Assembly (NCBI RefSeq): GCF_009914755.1
Contig: NC_060927.1
Length of the DNA: 64,000 nt
Source: the human T2T-CHM13v2.0 reference genome, Homo sapiens
Strand: one strand, 5' to 3'
Shown here: one piece after another, positions 1 through 12,370 of the stretch
How the letters are laid out: the number at the start of each line of letters is the position of its first letter
Position numbering within the stretch: position 1 is the stretch's first letter
Position numbers and translations under genes: made by a program
The notes under the pieces: model-generated
What the model was told of the DNA's origin: nothing
The model's input: only the letters and a program-made list of their open reading frames with translations
Database searches by the model: none

Positions 1-432
1 TCGGGAAAAATGTAAAACTTGATTATTATAATAAGAAAACATTACACAAACTGAATTTGAGGGACAGTCTACAAAATGATTGGCAAGTATCCTTCAACAG
101 TTAGAAGACCATGAAAGACAAAGAAAGATGAAGGGACTGTCCCAGATTAAAGGGGATTAAGGAGGTGTGGAAACTGAATACTATGTGTGACCCTGGATTT
201 GCATCCTGGGTCAGAAAAAGGACATTAGTGGGAAAATTGAGAAAATTTGAATAAAATCTGGAGATGTTAATAGTATTGCATCAGTGTTAATTTCCTTGTT
301 TTGATCATCATACTGTAGATATGTTAGATGTTAACGTGGGGAATCTGGCTGAAAAGTGTATGGGAATTTCTTGTAGTATTTTTGCAAGTTTTTAAAAAGT
401 CTAAAAGTACTTCAAAATGAAAGTTATTTTAA
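1..432 (+). mobile_element. Old L1M LINE 3' UTR fragment
   Basis: Resembles L1MC/MD 3' end (…ctggatttgcatcctgggtcagaaaaaggacattagtggg…tctaaaagtacttcaaaatgaaag). Confidence 0.65.
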
Positions 433-509
433 AACTTTGGACAATAAAATCAGAAGAAAATAAACATCAGAGAAACTTGATCAACAAATGAAGATTTGGA
501 ATGACGGAA

Positions 510-1010
510 ATATTCATTTGCTCAACAAAAAGGGTCTACTGTATGCCAGGGGCTGTTCTTAGAACTGGAGATACAACCAGGAAGAAGACGGTCCCTGATA
601 TCTGTGAGGCCTGAGTCTGGACTAGAAGGATCCAGACACAAAAGTGATAGGATGCTGTGATGCGGGCTATCTGAGAAGCAAACGAAGTGTCACAGGAACA
701 CAAAGGGAAAAGAAGTAATGAAAAACTAGGGTGTGTCATCAGTATGCACAAAGCAGCCTAAGACATTACAAAAGCACAGAAAAGAAAGGCCCTGTGAAGG
801 TAGAGTGAGGGACCAGGAGAGCGGCTGGGAAGGCATAGAGGCTGGGGAAGAGTGGGAAGAGATGCAGAGAGTTGGTGAGGGAACAGCAGACGGATTGGGA
901 GAAGTTGGAGAGAAGATGGTGGAGAAAGTTTGCAGTAGCATCAGAAGGCTGTGTATGGGGTACAGAGTGAAAGTAAAGTAGTAAGAGCTATATCCTTTGG
1001 AATAAAGAGT
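510..1010 (-). mobile_element. L2 LINE 3' fragment
   Basis: Starts with degenerate reverse complement of the L2 tail (tattcatttgctcaacaaaa…ctactgtatgccagg), followed by purine-rich L2-like body. Confidence 0.6.
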
Positions 1011-2214
1011 GAGAGAGTCCCTTTGTCCTCTGGCTGGGCTCAGGAAAGAATCCCTGGGAATCCAGATAGAGAAAGAGCTGGAGGCCGTTAGGAGCAGGCA
1101 CACAGCGAGGCCACGATGAATGTGAGGGTGGAAGGCAGAGGAGGGTAGCAACCTCTCAGCCAGCTAGGAATAGGCCCACTGTTGCCCTGGTAACAAGAAG
1201 GCCAGAAGGGCAGACAGGCTGTCACCAATTATGCAGGAATGCCACAGGCAGGTCTGGGGTCTTTCTCAGCATCCGCAGCTGGTGCTGCTTCAGCTTCTCC
1301 TCCTGCTGCACTGACCTGAGTCACTGCCCTGAGCCAATCCCTGCGACCCACAGCAATGGAAGTTCCCCAAAGAGTCAGGTCTGGATTGCCACTTTTCTGT
1401 ACCCCAAAGAAAGCTCTGATGAAATGCATGGATCTCAGAAAGGCCAAAACTCAAAGGTCAAGACCTATTGGCCTTTATTATTCAGTCTGAAATGACTCCA
1501 GGTAGAACTAAAATAGAACTCTCCCCAACAGTTCATTTATCAGCAATTCTTACAACATCTTCATAAAAGAGAGAGAGACGAGAGAGAATGACTAGTTAAG
1601 AGATTTTTTTTTTCTGTGAAACATTGATGGTAGTTAGGAATATTCTGTGTGTTGACTGCAGTGAGTCTTAAGAAGGAAAAAAAAAGACATTAGGGGAAAT
1701 TCCTTTTTTGGGACAAAGATTCAAGATTTGGAAAGGTAAACCTATGAAATAGCCAAGCTAAGCAAGAAGGGAAACATATAGCCTGCATCTCAGACAAATC
1801 TAAATTCCCAAATGAAAATGAATGTTTGCCTCCAACTAAATAAGTGTATCAACAATTACCCAGCACTGTGTGACAAGATGCTAATCTGTTTGACTGTGTA
1901 GGTGAGAGAGAGAGAGAGAGGCTGTTTGCTACAAAGACAGCTACAAGTCACAGTGGCTACACAATGAAATATTCCAACAACCATATTTGAACAGCTTTTG
2001 ATCTTTAATTCTTGAGTGTGGCCAGCAGATGGGGATAGTTCTTTATTGGTGGATAATAACAAATATCACAAATAATCTATTTTGTAATTTTTTTGGATGA
2101 ACCAAAAAGAAAAACTAAATTAGCATTCTTGTGTCCATATATTAATTAGATAACACCAAAATTATATAAGTATTATAGCTCTCTTGCTAAAATAATAACC
2201 AGAATTATCTTTCC

Positions 2215-2400
2215 CTAGTATTTATTGAGTACTATGTACCACACACTGTATTAAACACTCTAATCCTAACAACAGCCCTGTAAGACAGATAATGTGATAC
2301 CAACTCAGTTGTCCAAGGTCACAGAACTGGTAAGTGGTGGAGCTGGGATTTTATCCCAGCCTTTACAGCTCCAAAGGCTGCACTCTCATCCCTTGTATTA
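2215..2400 (-). mobile_element. MIR SINE
   Basis: tttattgagtactatgtacc…ccaaggtcacagaactggtaagtggtggagctgggattt MIR core motifs. Confidence 0.65.
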
Positions 2401-2762
2401 TATCCTGCATCAGTGCAACTTGGGATTTGATGTCAGATAAATTAATGTGGTTCAAACCTGGCAGAAGCCGGGGGGAAAGAATAGAATAAGCAAAATACAG
2501 ATTAAGGGTTCACAGCAGAAGAAGAATCACTTCAGAAACAGAAGAAAATATCAGACAAATACTTCTTTATGCTCTCAAAGAAATTGGAATAGATATGAAC
2601 TCTGGAAGAAATAAAACTCAAAGAATAAATTCAAGAGATCAAATAAGATCAGATAAGATGACAAAATCGTTGAAGAGTGAGATGGCAGAGTCTTGGGACA
2701 ATAAAAAGAAAATAAAGATATAAACATTACAAAAATGAAAGCCATCCTAAAAGAAGCAAGAG

Positions 2763-3203
<441 letters not shown>

Positions 3204-3699
3204 CTAATAAATCAAATTGGTATAATTAGTTACATATTTGGAAAAATAAGCTGGTTCAGTTTCTAAACACTTATACTAAGACAAATTATAAATAGATTAA
3301 ATAGGTGAGTGTTAAAATATTTAAAAGTAGTTATTTTAGTATTTGGTGGAGAAAAGTTTTCTAAGCATGACCCAAAAATCCAGAAATCATTAAAGGCAAG
3401 ATTGATAAATTTGACTACATAAAAAATTTAAGCTTCCTAGTAGTTAAAAGTGAACAGTCAAAAGAAAATAACAATCTGGAAAAAATAATTGTGACGAGTG
3501 TGACAGACAGAGCTAGTATTCTTAACACAACAAGAGCTTCTACACATCAAAAGAGCAAAAAAAAAAAAAAAAGAAAAGAAAAAATAGCCAAAGGATATGA
3601 ACAGATAATTGATTTTAAAAAGGAATGCAAATATAAACAAACACATAAAAAGATGTTCCACCATATTCTAATTTTAAAGATGCAAAATAAAAAAAAGAT

Positions 3700-6100
3700 T
3701 GAAGGCTTCTGCTTCCAGTATGCCCAAGTAAACAAGTAAGCTTTTCCTTGATATGACTTCCACAGGCAACTATAACCTCTGGAGAAAATATCACACATAC
3801 GTTTGTACACACCCACACAGAATGATCTGAAGACACTGAACAGTGAACAAAAGAGTTAATCTATTCTGAAAGCAAATTAAAACTTGAAAGAAGGAAATAA
3901 TAAAAAGTGATTTACCTGTTTTTAATGCTTTTAGTCTGAGGTCAGTGTTACACAGAGTACTAAAAGTCTGATAGAAAAAAGCATAGCTTTTGTGGGCTGG
4001 AAAACCAGAGGAAAAAGTTTAGAGCAGCTGCATATACTAGAAAATGAGGGGAGAATCCCAGAAATGAAAGAATCTGAGTAGGGGAACCCCCAGATCCTGA
4101 GCCTATATTATATCCGACTCTCTGCATTCATGGGGCAGACTCAGGGCAACTCACATAAAGACAGAATTGAACTGAAACTTGAGCTGCCAAGCAAAAGATG
4201 GTTTGCAGCTTGAGTCCAGTCAAGTTACTTGCCTCCAAACACAAAAACATCAAAAGTTTTGGAAGGATATAACAAATGTGAGAGTTTACACAACATATAA
4301 CAACGTACAAGACACAATTCAAGATTTGACATATGAAGAGCAGAAAAGAAAAAAATGTGATCTGGTGTCAGGAGAAAAGGCAGTCAATGGAGACCAACCC
4401 CAGTGTTATCCAAAGTTTGGCATTAACAGACAAGGATTTTAAAGCATCTATATTAATTATGCTCAACAAAATAGAAGAATATATCTTCCCAATAAATGAA
4501 AAAAAAATTCCCACTAGGGTAATAAAAACTTCAAAAGGAATCACTGAAAATTCAAAAACAATAATATTCTGACATTTAAAAATCACAAGCAGAAATAAAA
4601 ATAAAAATTAAAATTAAAATTCCACAGCAGAATACTGATGACAATAAAAAGTCAATAAACTTGGATATAAATCAATAGAAATCATCCAATCTTAAGTACA
4701 GAAAAAAATGCAGAAAATTAACAAACTCTTAGGGCTCTAAAGGACAATATCAAATGGTTAAAGAAACATGCCCTGGGAGTCCCAAAAGGAAAGGTGAGAC
4801 TGAGGCAGAAAAATATTTGAAGATATAATGGATGAAAAATTTCCTGATTTGGTGAAAAACATGAATTAACAGATTCAATTATTTCAGTGAATCCCATACA
4901 AGATAAATATGAAGAAAACTACACCTAGGCACATCATGGTGAAACTGCTGGAAACCAAATATAAAAGCAGCACATTACAGGAGAACAATGAGTGAAGTTC
5001 CTGATGATTTGAATTGTAAATTACGAGGTCCAGAAGGCAGTGGAATATACTTTTAGAGTGCTGAAAAAATAAAACCTATCAACCTAGAATTCTATATCCA
5101 AGAAAAATATCCTCCAAGAATGAAGGCAAAATATAGTTCCAGGGTCAAAAAACAAAATGCACAGGATAATTTGTCGCCAGTAGACGTGCACTACAAGAAA
5201 GGCTAAAGAAATTTCTTCTAACTAAAGGAAAATGGTACCAGATGGAAATGAGACTCTCTAGGAAGGAATAAAGAGCAATGAAATAAAGGCCGGGCATGGT
5301 ACCTAATGCCTGCAATCCCAGCACTTTGGGAGGTTGAGGTGGGAGGACAACTTGAGGCCAAGAGTTCAAGACCAGTCTGGGCAGCACAGCAAGACTCCAT
5401 ATCTAAAGAAAAAAAAGTTAGGCTGGGCGAGGTGGCTCATGCCTGTAATCTCAACACTTTAGGAGGCCAAGGCAGGTGGATCACTTGAAGCCAGGAGTTC
5501 AAAACCAGTCTGGGCAACATGGCAAAACCCCACCTCTACTAAAAATATGAAAATCTCTTGAACCTAGGAGGTAGAGATTGCAGTGAGCTGAGATCATGCC
5601 ATTGCACTCCAACCTGGACAATAGAGCAAGACTCTCTCTCAAAAATAAATAAGTAAGGAAGTAAGTAAAAAATTAGCTAGTTGTGGTAGCATGTGTTTGT
5701 AGTCCCAACTACTCAGGAAGCTGCGGTAGGAGGATCACTCGTGCCCAATAGTTCCAGGTTACAGTGAGCTATGATCACACCACTGCACTTTAGCCTGGGC
5801 AAGAAAGTAAGACTCTGCCAAAAAAAAAGCAATGAAATAGTAACTATATGTGGATATATAGAAATGTATATTTTTTCCTCTTAGTTCCTTTAAAATACAC
5901 GTAATACTTAAAGCAAAAATTGTAACATTTATTATAATTATATGGGTTTATATGTGTTACATGTAGCAACTTGTGCAAAAGCATGTAGGGGAGTAAATAG
6001 ACTTCCATGATTGTAAAATTTTTATATTTATTTTTGACAATATTTACACACAAAATGATACAAAGTCAACTCTAAAAAGACTGTGCAAAGTAAAGTATAT
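3700..6100 (+). mobile_element. Old L1M 5'/ORF1 region, degenerate, interrupted by Alus
   Basis: ORF1-like motifs acacctaggcacatcatggtgaaactgctg and caacctagaattctatatccaagaaaaatatcctccaagaatgaagg; A-rich sense strand; no open frame. Confidence 0.7.
5288..5828 (+). mobile_element. AluJ with a second, internally deleted Alu nested in its linker
   Basis: Left arm 5288-~5417, inner Alu 5421-~5655, outer right arm ~5668-5828. Confidence 0.85.
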
Positions 6101-6104
6101 AGAG

Positions 6105-6708
<604 letters not shown>

Positions 6709-6839
6709 ACATAACTAAAACAAATGGAAAAATATGCAAAGAGCTATAGCTAAAACGATGGTTTTTCATAGAACTTTTTCAAAGTAATCCTACATCCTTT
6801 TGGAAGAGCATATTGCCAGGAAGAACTAGGAGAATGTGA

Positions 6840-7740
6840 AGGACAGGTTATTCATGAAGATGGAAACTCAAATGGCCAAGAAACATTTAAATAGTTTTTG
6901 AAACAGGAAAATGAAACTAAGGTAATGCAATATGATTTTCTCTACCCAACAGACGGGCAAAACAAAAGTTTAACAACATCATGTGCTGTCAGAGATGTGG
7001 GGAAATGTGAATGCTTATAATTGCTGGTGGGACCATAAATTAGTACAACTGCCTTGAAAAGCAAGGTAGCCACACGTAGTAAAGTTGAAGACTTAAAGCA
7101 ATTATGGTAAAACATTAACAGGTATTCAATCCCAGTAGTGTGTATGTAGTTATGTATTACATCTGTACTTTTAATGTTAGAAATGTTTCATTATTTTGTC
7201 AGTATGAATATGTTACAATGCAACAATATGAACAATATGTAACACTGTATATGTATATATGTGCTCATTGGTTAACACCTGTAACAATGTGAATATTAAC
7301 AAATAAGCACAAATAAATAAAATGGGAAATAAAACAAAGATTTATTCTCAACAATGTTCCCTGAAGCACTGTTTGTAAGGCAAAAAACTGGAAATCACAT
7401 ACATGGCCGACAACAGAAGACTGGTGAAATAGATTGCATATAATAAAATACTATGCAGCAGAATGGAGGAATGTATATATGTATGACAACGTATAGCAAG
7501 TGTATTTTTAATGGATAAGACCAAGCTGTATAAAATTATCCCATAAAAAACCTACTGCTTTTGCTTGCACATGCATAAAAAATGGATGCAAGGATACCCA
7601 AGAAACTGTTAACAGTGGTTACTTCTGGGGGTAGGACTGGGAGGGAGAGGCAGATTTTTATTTTCCAGTTTATGCTTTTCTAAATTATTTGGATTTTTTT
7701 TCCAGGAGCATGTATTTCTTTTATACTTTTAAATGTTATT
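6840..7740 (+). mobile_element. L1ME-type 3' fragments
   Basis: ttgctggtgggaccataaattagtacaac…aaatactatgcagcag…aaactgttaacagtggttacttctgggg motifs. Confidence 0.6.
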
Positions 7741-7849
7741 TTTGCTCGTAATGACAGGCAACTAGTTGATTCGCTGAGTCACTGCAGCTGCAGTAGGAAT
7801 TTGGGTTTTACCACTGTTACTCATCTCATTTTGCCTTTTATCCTAGGAC

Positions 7850-8489
7850 TCAGACCACCTCCCTTTCCCACACTCTGAACCTCAAACCTTCCTGACCTAT
7901 TCCTCCCCATTCCCACACTACCAAAGCCATCCCCTGGAAACTCACAGTCATCAGCAAAACTCTGTCTATCCCCAGCCTCTTCTCTAAATGCAGTCCTTGC
8001 CTTCTTGCTCTAACAGTAACCAGCTGTCCTGAGGACACCGCTCCCCTGCAGCCCCCACCAGGCCTCATGCCACTGGCCCTGAGGCCGGGAATGGGAGATC
8101 CTCTTGCCTCTCTCCTTTCTGACTTGCTGCATCCTCCAGCATCTTTGAATCTCAGGTCTTCTGGCAGGCCCTTCCACACCTCTACTCATTGCAGTTTTCC
8201 CCAGCTCTTGGAACACACCCCACGAGATGATTCTAGCTGCTAGCTCGCTGTCACTCTCTCCAACCCTACTCTTGCCTTAATTCTTGGGGATTTCAACATC
8301 CACAAAGATGATCCTCTCAAAGTCTTAGCTTCTCAGTTCCTGTCTTCTCATCCAGGGATCCTGTTCCCAACCCAACCTCGGCTACTCCCTTTCAGAGTCA
8401 TATCCCCATTTTGCATTTTCAACAACAACCCCTCCCTAATCTTAATCCCAAGCATTCTGTCCTCCAACACCACCTCCTATCTTTCTATC
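7850..8489 (+). mobile_element. L2 internal fragment (continues ~9280-9460 beyond the LTR)
   Basis: Pyrimidine-rich, contains ttcttggggatttcaacatcca, the L2 ORF2 endonuclease 'LGDFNIH' motif. Confidence 0.65.
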
Positions 8490-9277
8490 TGTAGGGGCAG
8501 TAAGGGGTGATACCTTTCCTCACTCATGATAAGGGACATGGTCAACACTGCTATAACAAAGGACAGGTTATCAAGAGAAAAGCATAACAAACTTACTTAA
8601 TCACATTTTTCTGTGACAGAGGAGGCTTCAGAAATGAAGACCCAAAGACCTAGGAAAAACCTTCTGTGTTTAAGCTTAGAGTCTGTGAAGAACCGATAGC
8701 CATGTAAAAGTGTGATTAGACAAAAAGGTATGATCTAATGGTAATAGACTGAGGGGGAAACCCAGCAAGGCCTGTGTTTTCAGATGCTTGGTCTCTCTGT
8801 GTAGCATTCCCTCCTCTATGGAATAGGACAGAACATCTCTTACATGAAGGTCTTCAAGGGAGAAGGGAGAGAGTGACCAATATATTCTTATTCTTCATCA
8901 CCTCTGCATAACACGCTTGGTTGACACAGAGCATAGAGATTTTCCATAGTCTCTGGCAGAGGCTGGAATTAGAACAAAAGCCACCCCACTTGGGGCCTTT
9001 GCAGCCAGAGGCAAATGGCTGAGCTGCAGGCTTCAAGTATACACCTTTTAGATTGTATGGCTTGATTTTGGAGAGAGGGGTTCTAGTTGCTATGGTCAGC
9101 TTTGGAGAACAGGAGTTCTGGTTTCTATGACTCAATTAGGGAGAGAGGGGTGAGACACAGGAGGGCAGGAGAAGGTCAGAGGGACCTTGCCTCTGAAACT
9201 CTACAGTCTCTTTCAGTTCAAAATACTCAGCATGCTAAGGTGCCATACTTAGCAGTATCACAATCTGAGCCCCAACA
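8490..9277 (-). mobile_element. MER39-family ERV1 solo LTR carrying a foreign insert at 8879-9045
   Basis: TG…CA termini, near-identical 4-bp TSD (tatc/catc), matches recalled MER39 consensus on both sides of the insert (agagagtgacc|ttttagattgtatggc). Confidence 0.8.
8879..9045 (-). repeat. Dispersed duplicate of 10928-11092 (~85% identity) inserted in MER39
   Basis: Manual alignment: 24 substitutions and one 2-bp indel over ~165 bp; shared exact block agagcatagagattttccatagtctctg. Confidence 0.95.
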
Positions 9278-9459
9278 CATCTCATTCTTTCCAGTACCTC
9301 ACTGAGCTGATAATTCATCTACCCTACTGCCTTTTAACTGTCTCTCAGCCCCTCTTCTCCTCACTGCTCTCTTTATCCAGTTTAAATCCCACGGTCAACC
9401 TCAGCTCTCTGCCTACTGTGCCTGTGCCCACACAGCTGAAGAAGTCCAGAGAAAACACA

Positions 9460-10050
9460 CAAGGCTTCAAGGAATTGAATGGGTGAGCCATCCAATATCT
9501 GAAACTATGAACAGCATGTGCAAAGGCCCTGGGGCATAAGATTGCACAGAGACATTGAGGATTAACAGAAGGCCAGGCAGCTGAGAAGAATGAGGAAAGG
9601 GGAACATAACCAAAAATGTGGTCATAGAAGTGAATAGGAAGCCAGATCAGTTAGGGTTTTGCAGGCCATGATAAAGACTGCTTTCTCTCTGAGTGAGATG
9701 GGGAGCTTTTAGAAGGTTTTGAAAAGAGTGACATCAACTGACTTCTACCTGTAGAGGTTCCTCTGGCTGTGGTGCTGAAAATAGATGACAGGATGTAAGG
9801 GCAGGAGCAGAGAGACCATTTAGATGTGGGGGTTTCGATCAGTCTGATAGCTGTGCAGGGAAGGGACAGTCTGATTCTGGATCTATTTAGAAGGTAAACA
9901 GGATGTGAGGATGACTGATTGGATGTGGGATGTGAGAGAATGGGAGTGATTATTCCACGTTGTTCATTTTTGTTTGTTTACTTTTTCACTAACATAAATG
10001 AAAGGGTGGTGAAACCATCTACTGAGATGAGGAAGACTGTGGGTAGAGCA
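9460..10050 (-). mobile_element. L2 LINE fragment
   Basis: aacagcatgtgcaaaggccctgggg…gattctggatctattt…actgagatgaggaagactg typical L2 motifs. Confidence 0.7.
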
Positions 10051-10393
10051 GGGTTTATTTTGGGGGAGAGCCTCAGGTAAATTCTAAATCTCAGTGAGGC
10101 CATTCTTGACCACCATCTTTTAAATTATACTCCCACCCCAGCTCTCTGCATCCCTTTCCCTGCAATATTTTTATCTACAGCACAGATAAAGGAGAGTCTG
10201 CCTACACTGCCCCTCCTGCCCCTACCTTGGCCAGGGAGAATTGGACACCTCCATTTCCAGTCTGTCTGAGGATGTGCTCAATGGAGAGTGAGGGTCCAGG
10301 AAGAAATGGAGAGGGAATGAAAGCTGAGGAGGTCAGTAAAAACAGACGTCCATTTCACAAGCTGTAAACAGAAGATAAATCATTCCCTTTCCA

Positions 10394-10399
10394 TTTATT
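10394..10399 (-). terminator. Candidate polyadenylation signal AATAAA of the decayed gene
   Basis: tttatt on + strand, ~230 nt past the reconstructed stop, followed on the minus strand by T/GT-rich sequence. Confidence 0.4.
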
Positions 10400-10628
10400 T
10401 CTTTTTAAAATCTGTTACAGCTGCAAGAACAATAAATATACTTTCTTCCCTATCAGGGATTTAAACCTGAAGCTCATAAGATGAGGTTCTGATATGCTGC
10501 TACCACATCCTTTTCCTGCTTTCTACTGAAACAGGTGACCTTAGCAAATTGGCATCTTCTGGAACAGCAAGGTTCCTTCCGAGGTGTGGATTTGGCTAGG
10601 GGCCAATCAATGTGGCCTGGCTATAATT

Positions 10629-11763
10629 TCATTTTGACTTTAAGAACTTCAGTTGGACCAAATTAATACCTCGCTCCATTAAAAACCATCTCAGGTCATG
10701 TATCTTCTCGTTCTTTTTGGCAGTCATCTCTCCAGAGACTTTAGATGATGTCTTTTCACAATTAATATCCATGTTATACCTTCCTTTTGCAAATCGAGGC
10801 AACAAGTCATTTGATCCTCATGAAGTAAACCCCAGCTCACCCTTTTTGACTGCATATGCCTGCCTTTGAGCACACCCACACCTGAATGGGGGACCCAAAG
10901 GCAAATAATATTCTGAAATATCAAACCAATATATTCTTTCTCCATTATCTCTGTGTAGCACACTTTGTTGACGTAGAGCATAGAGATTTTCCATAGTCTC
11001 TGATAGATGCTGGAATTCGGACAAAAGCCACCACATTTGGGGCCTTCACAGCCAGAGGCAAATGGCTGAGCTGGAGGCTTCAAATACATGCCATCAGATG
11101 CTCTAGAAGACCCAATGGGGCCAGCTGCCCCTCTGCATGCGTCAGCTTAGGGGCCTGTCCGTGCATCTGCTCAGGGATCTGACAGGGCATCAGCTTAGAG
11201 GCCTGTCCATGCATATGCTCAAGGATCTGTATATGCATCTGCTCAGGGATCTGACCCTGTATCAGCTTAGGGGCCTGTCCATGCATCTGCTCTGGAATCT
11301 GACCCTGCATCATCTTAGGGGCCTGTCCATGCATCTGCTCTGGAATCTGACCCTGCATCAGCTTAGTGGCCTGTCCATGCATCTGCTCTGGAATCTGACC
11401 CTGCATCAGCTTAGGGGCCTGTCCATGCATCTGCTCAGGGATCTGTCTAGGCGTCTGCTTAGAGGTCTATCCATGCATCTGCTCAGGGATCTGTCTAGGC
11501 GTCTGCTTAGAGGTCTATCCATGCATCTGCCTTGGGATCTGTCTATTCATCTGCTTAGGGGCCTGTCCCTGCATCTGCCCAGGGATCTGACCATGTATCA
11601 GCTTAGGGGGTCTATCCATGCATCTCCTCTCTGGAATCTGACCATGTATCAGCTTAGGAGCTTGTCCATGCATCCACTCAGGGATCTGTGTATGCATTTG
11701 CTTAGGGGCCTGTCCAGAGCAGACAATCAGCAACAGACCACTAAGAATGTAGAGGACACTCAT
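10629..11763 (-). pseudogene. Decayed ORF for a putative secreted protein: signal peptide + Gln/Lys octapeptide repeats + Cys-rich (cystine-knot-like) domain; family unidentified
   Basis: ATG 11763 begins MSVLYILSGLLLIVCSG in frame with the repeats. In-frame TAG at 11517 and 11469. Frameshifts inferred near 11140 and 10938. TGA at 10820 followed by 62 open codons to TGA 10631. Reconstructed length ~375 aa. Confidence 0.65.
11135..11715. repeat. Minisatellite, 24-bp unit with 48-bp higher-order alternation (23 full units plus partial ends)
   Basis: Alternating minus-strand units cagatgcatggacaggcccctaag / ctgatgcagggtcagattccagag. Confidence 0.97.
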
Positions 11764-11796
11764 GAATCTAGAATCATCTATATTCCCAGATATTAC

Positions 11797-11824
11797 CTTG
11801 GAGAGGATTTGGGGAAGGAAAGTA
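11797..11824 (-). promoter_or_regulatory. Candidate splice acceptor 33 nt upstream of the ATG
   Basis: Minus strand reads actttccttccccaaatcctctccaAG|g: pyrimidine tract plus AG. Confidence 0.4.
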
Positions 11825-11832
11825 TATTACTT

Positions 11833-12112
<280 letters not shown>

Positions 12113-12114
12113 AC

Positions 12115-12370
12115 CATCCACTCCTAAATGTGCTCAGCCTATCCTCCCAGCATATATATTTATTGTGTGCAAAAACCGCAATAAAGACTCTGGCCCACGC
12201 TTTTATCTCACTCCTTCTGCCCCTTTACCAACCCTGGTGCTTCCCCACGTGGCCCTGAGTGGCATGGCATCCCTCCTCCTCTGGGGAAGTGTAAGTAATA
12301 CACTATTCTCTCAAGGCAATTGTCTCCATGCCAGTCACCTTACCATACCTGATCAAACAAATCCCAGGTA

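Noticed and set aside
10724-10936. C-terminal half of the 121-aa ORF 10724-11089 (EYIGLIFQ…)
   Set aside because: Probably out of frame after ~10938, where the two copies differ by an indel; the alternative frame gives the CxC motif and a longer open run. Not fully excluded.
11135-11715. CRISPR-like array
   Set aside because: Units are contiguous tandem repeats without unique spacers, in eukaryotic DNA.
10375-11763. Processed pseudogene or endogenous viral element explanation for the decayed ORF
   Set aside because: No poly(A) tail or TSD visible, an upstream acceptor is present, and I recognise no retroviral or bornaviral protein motifs. Only a database search can exclude these formally.
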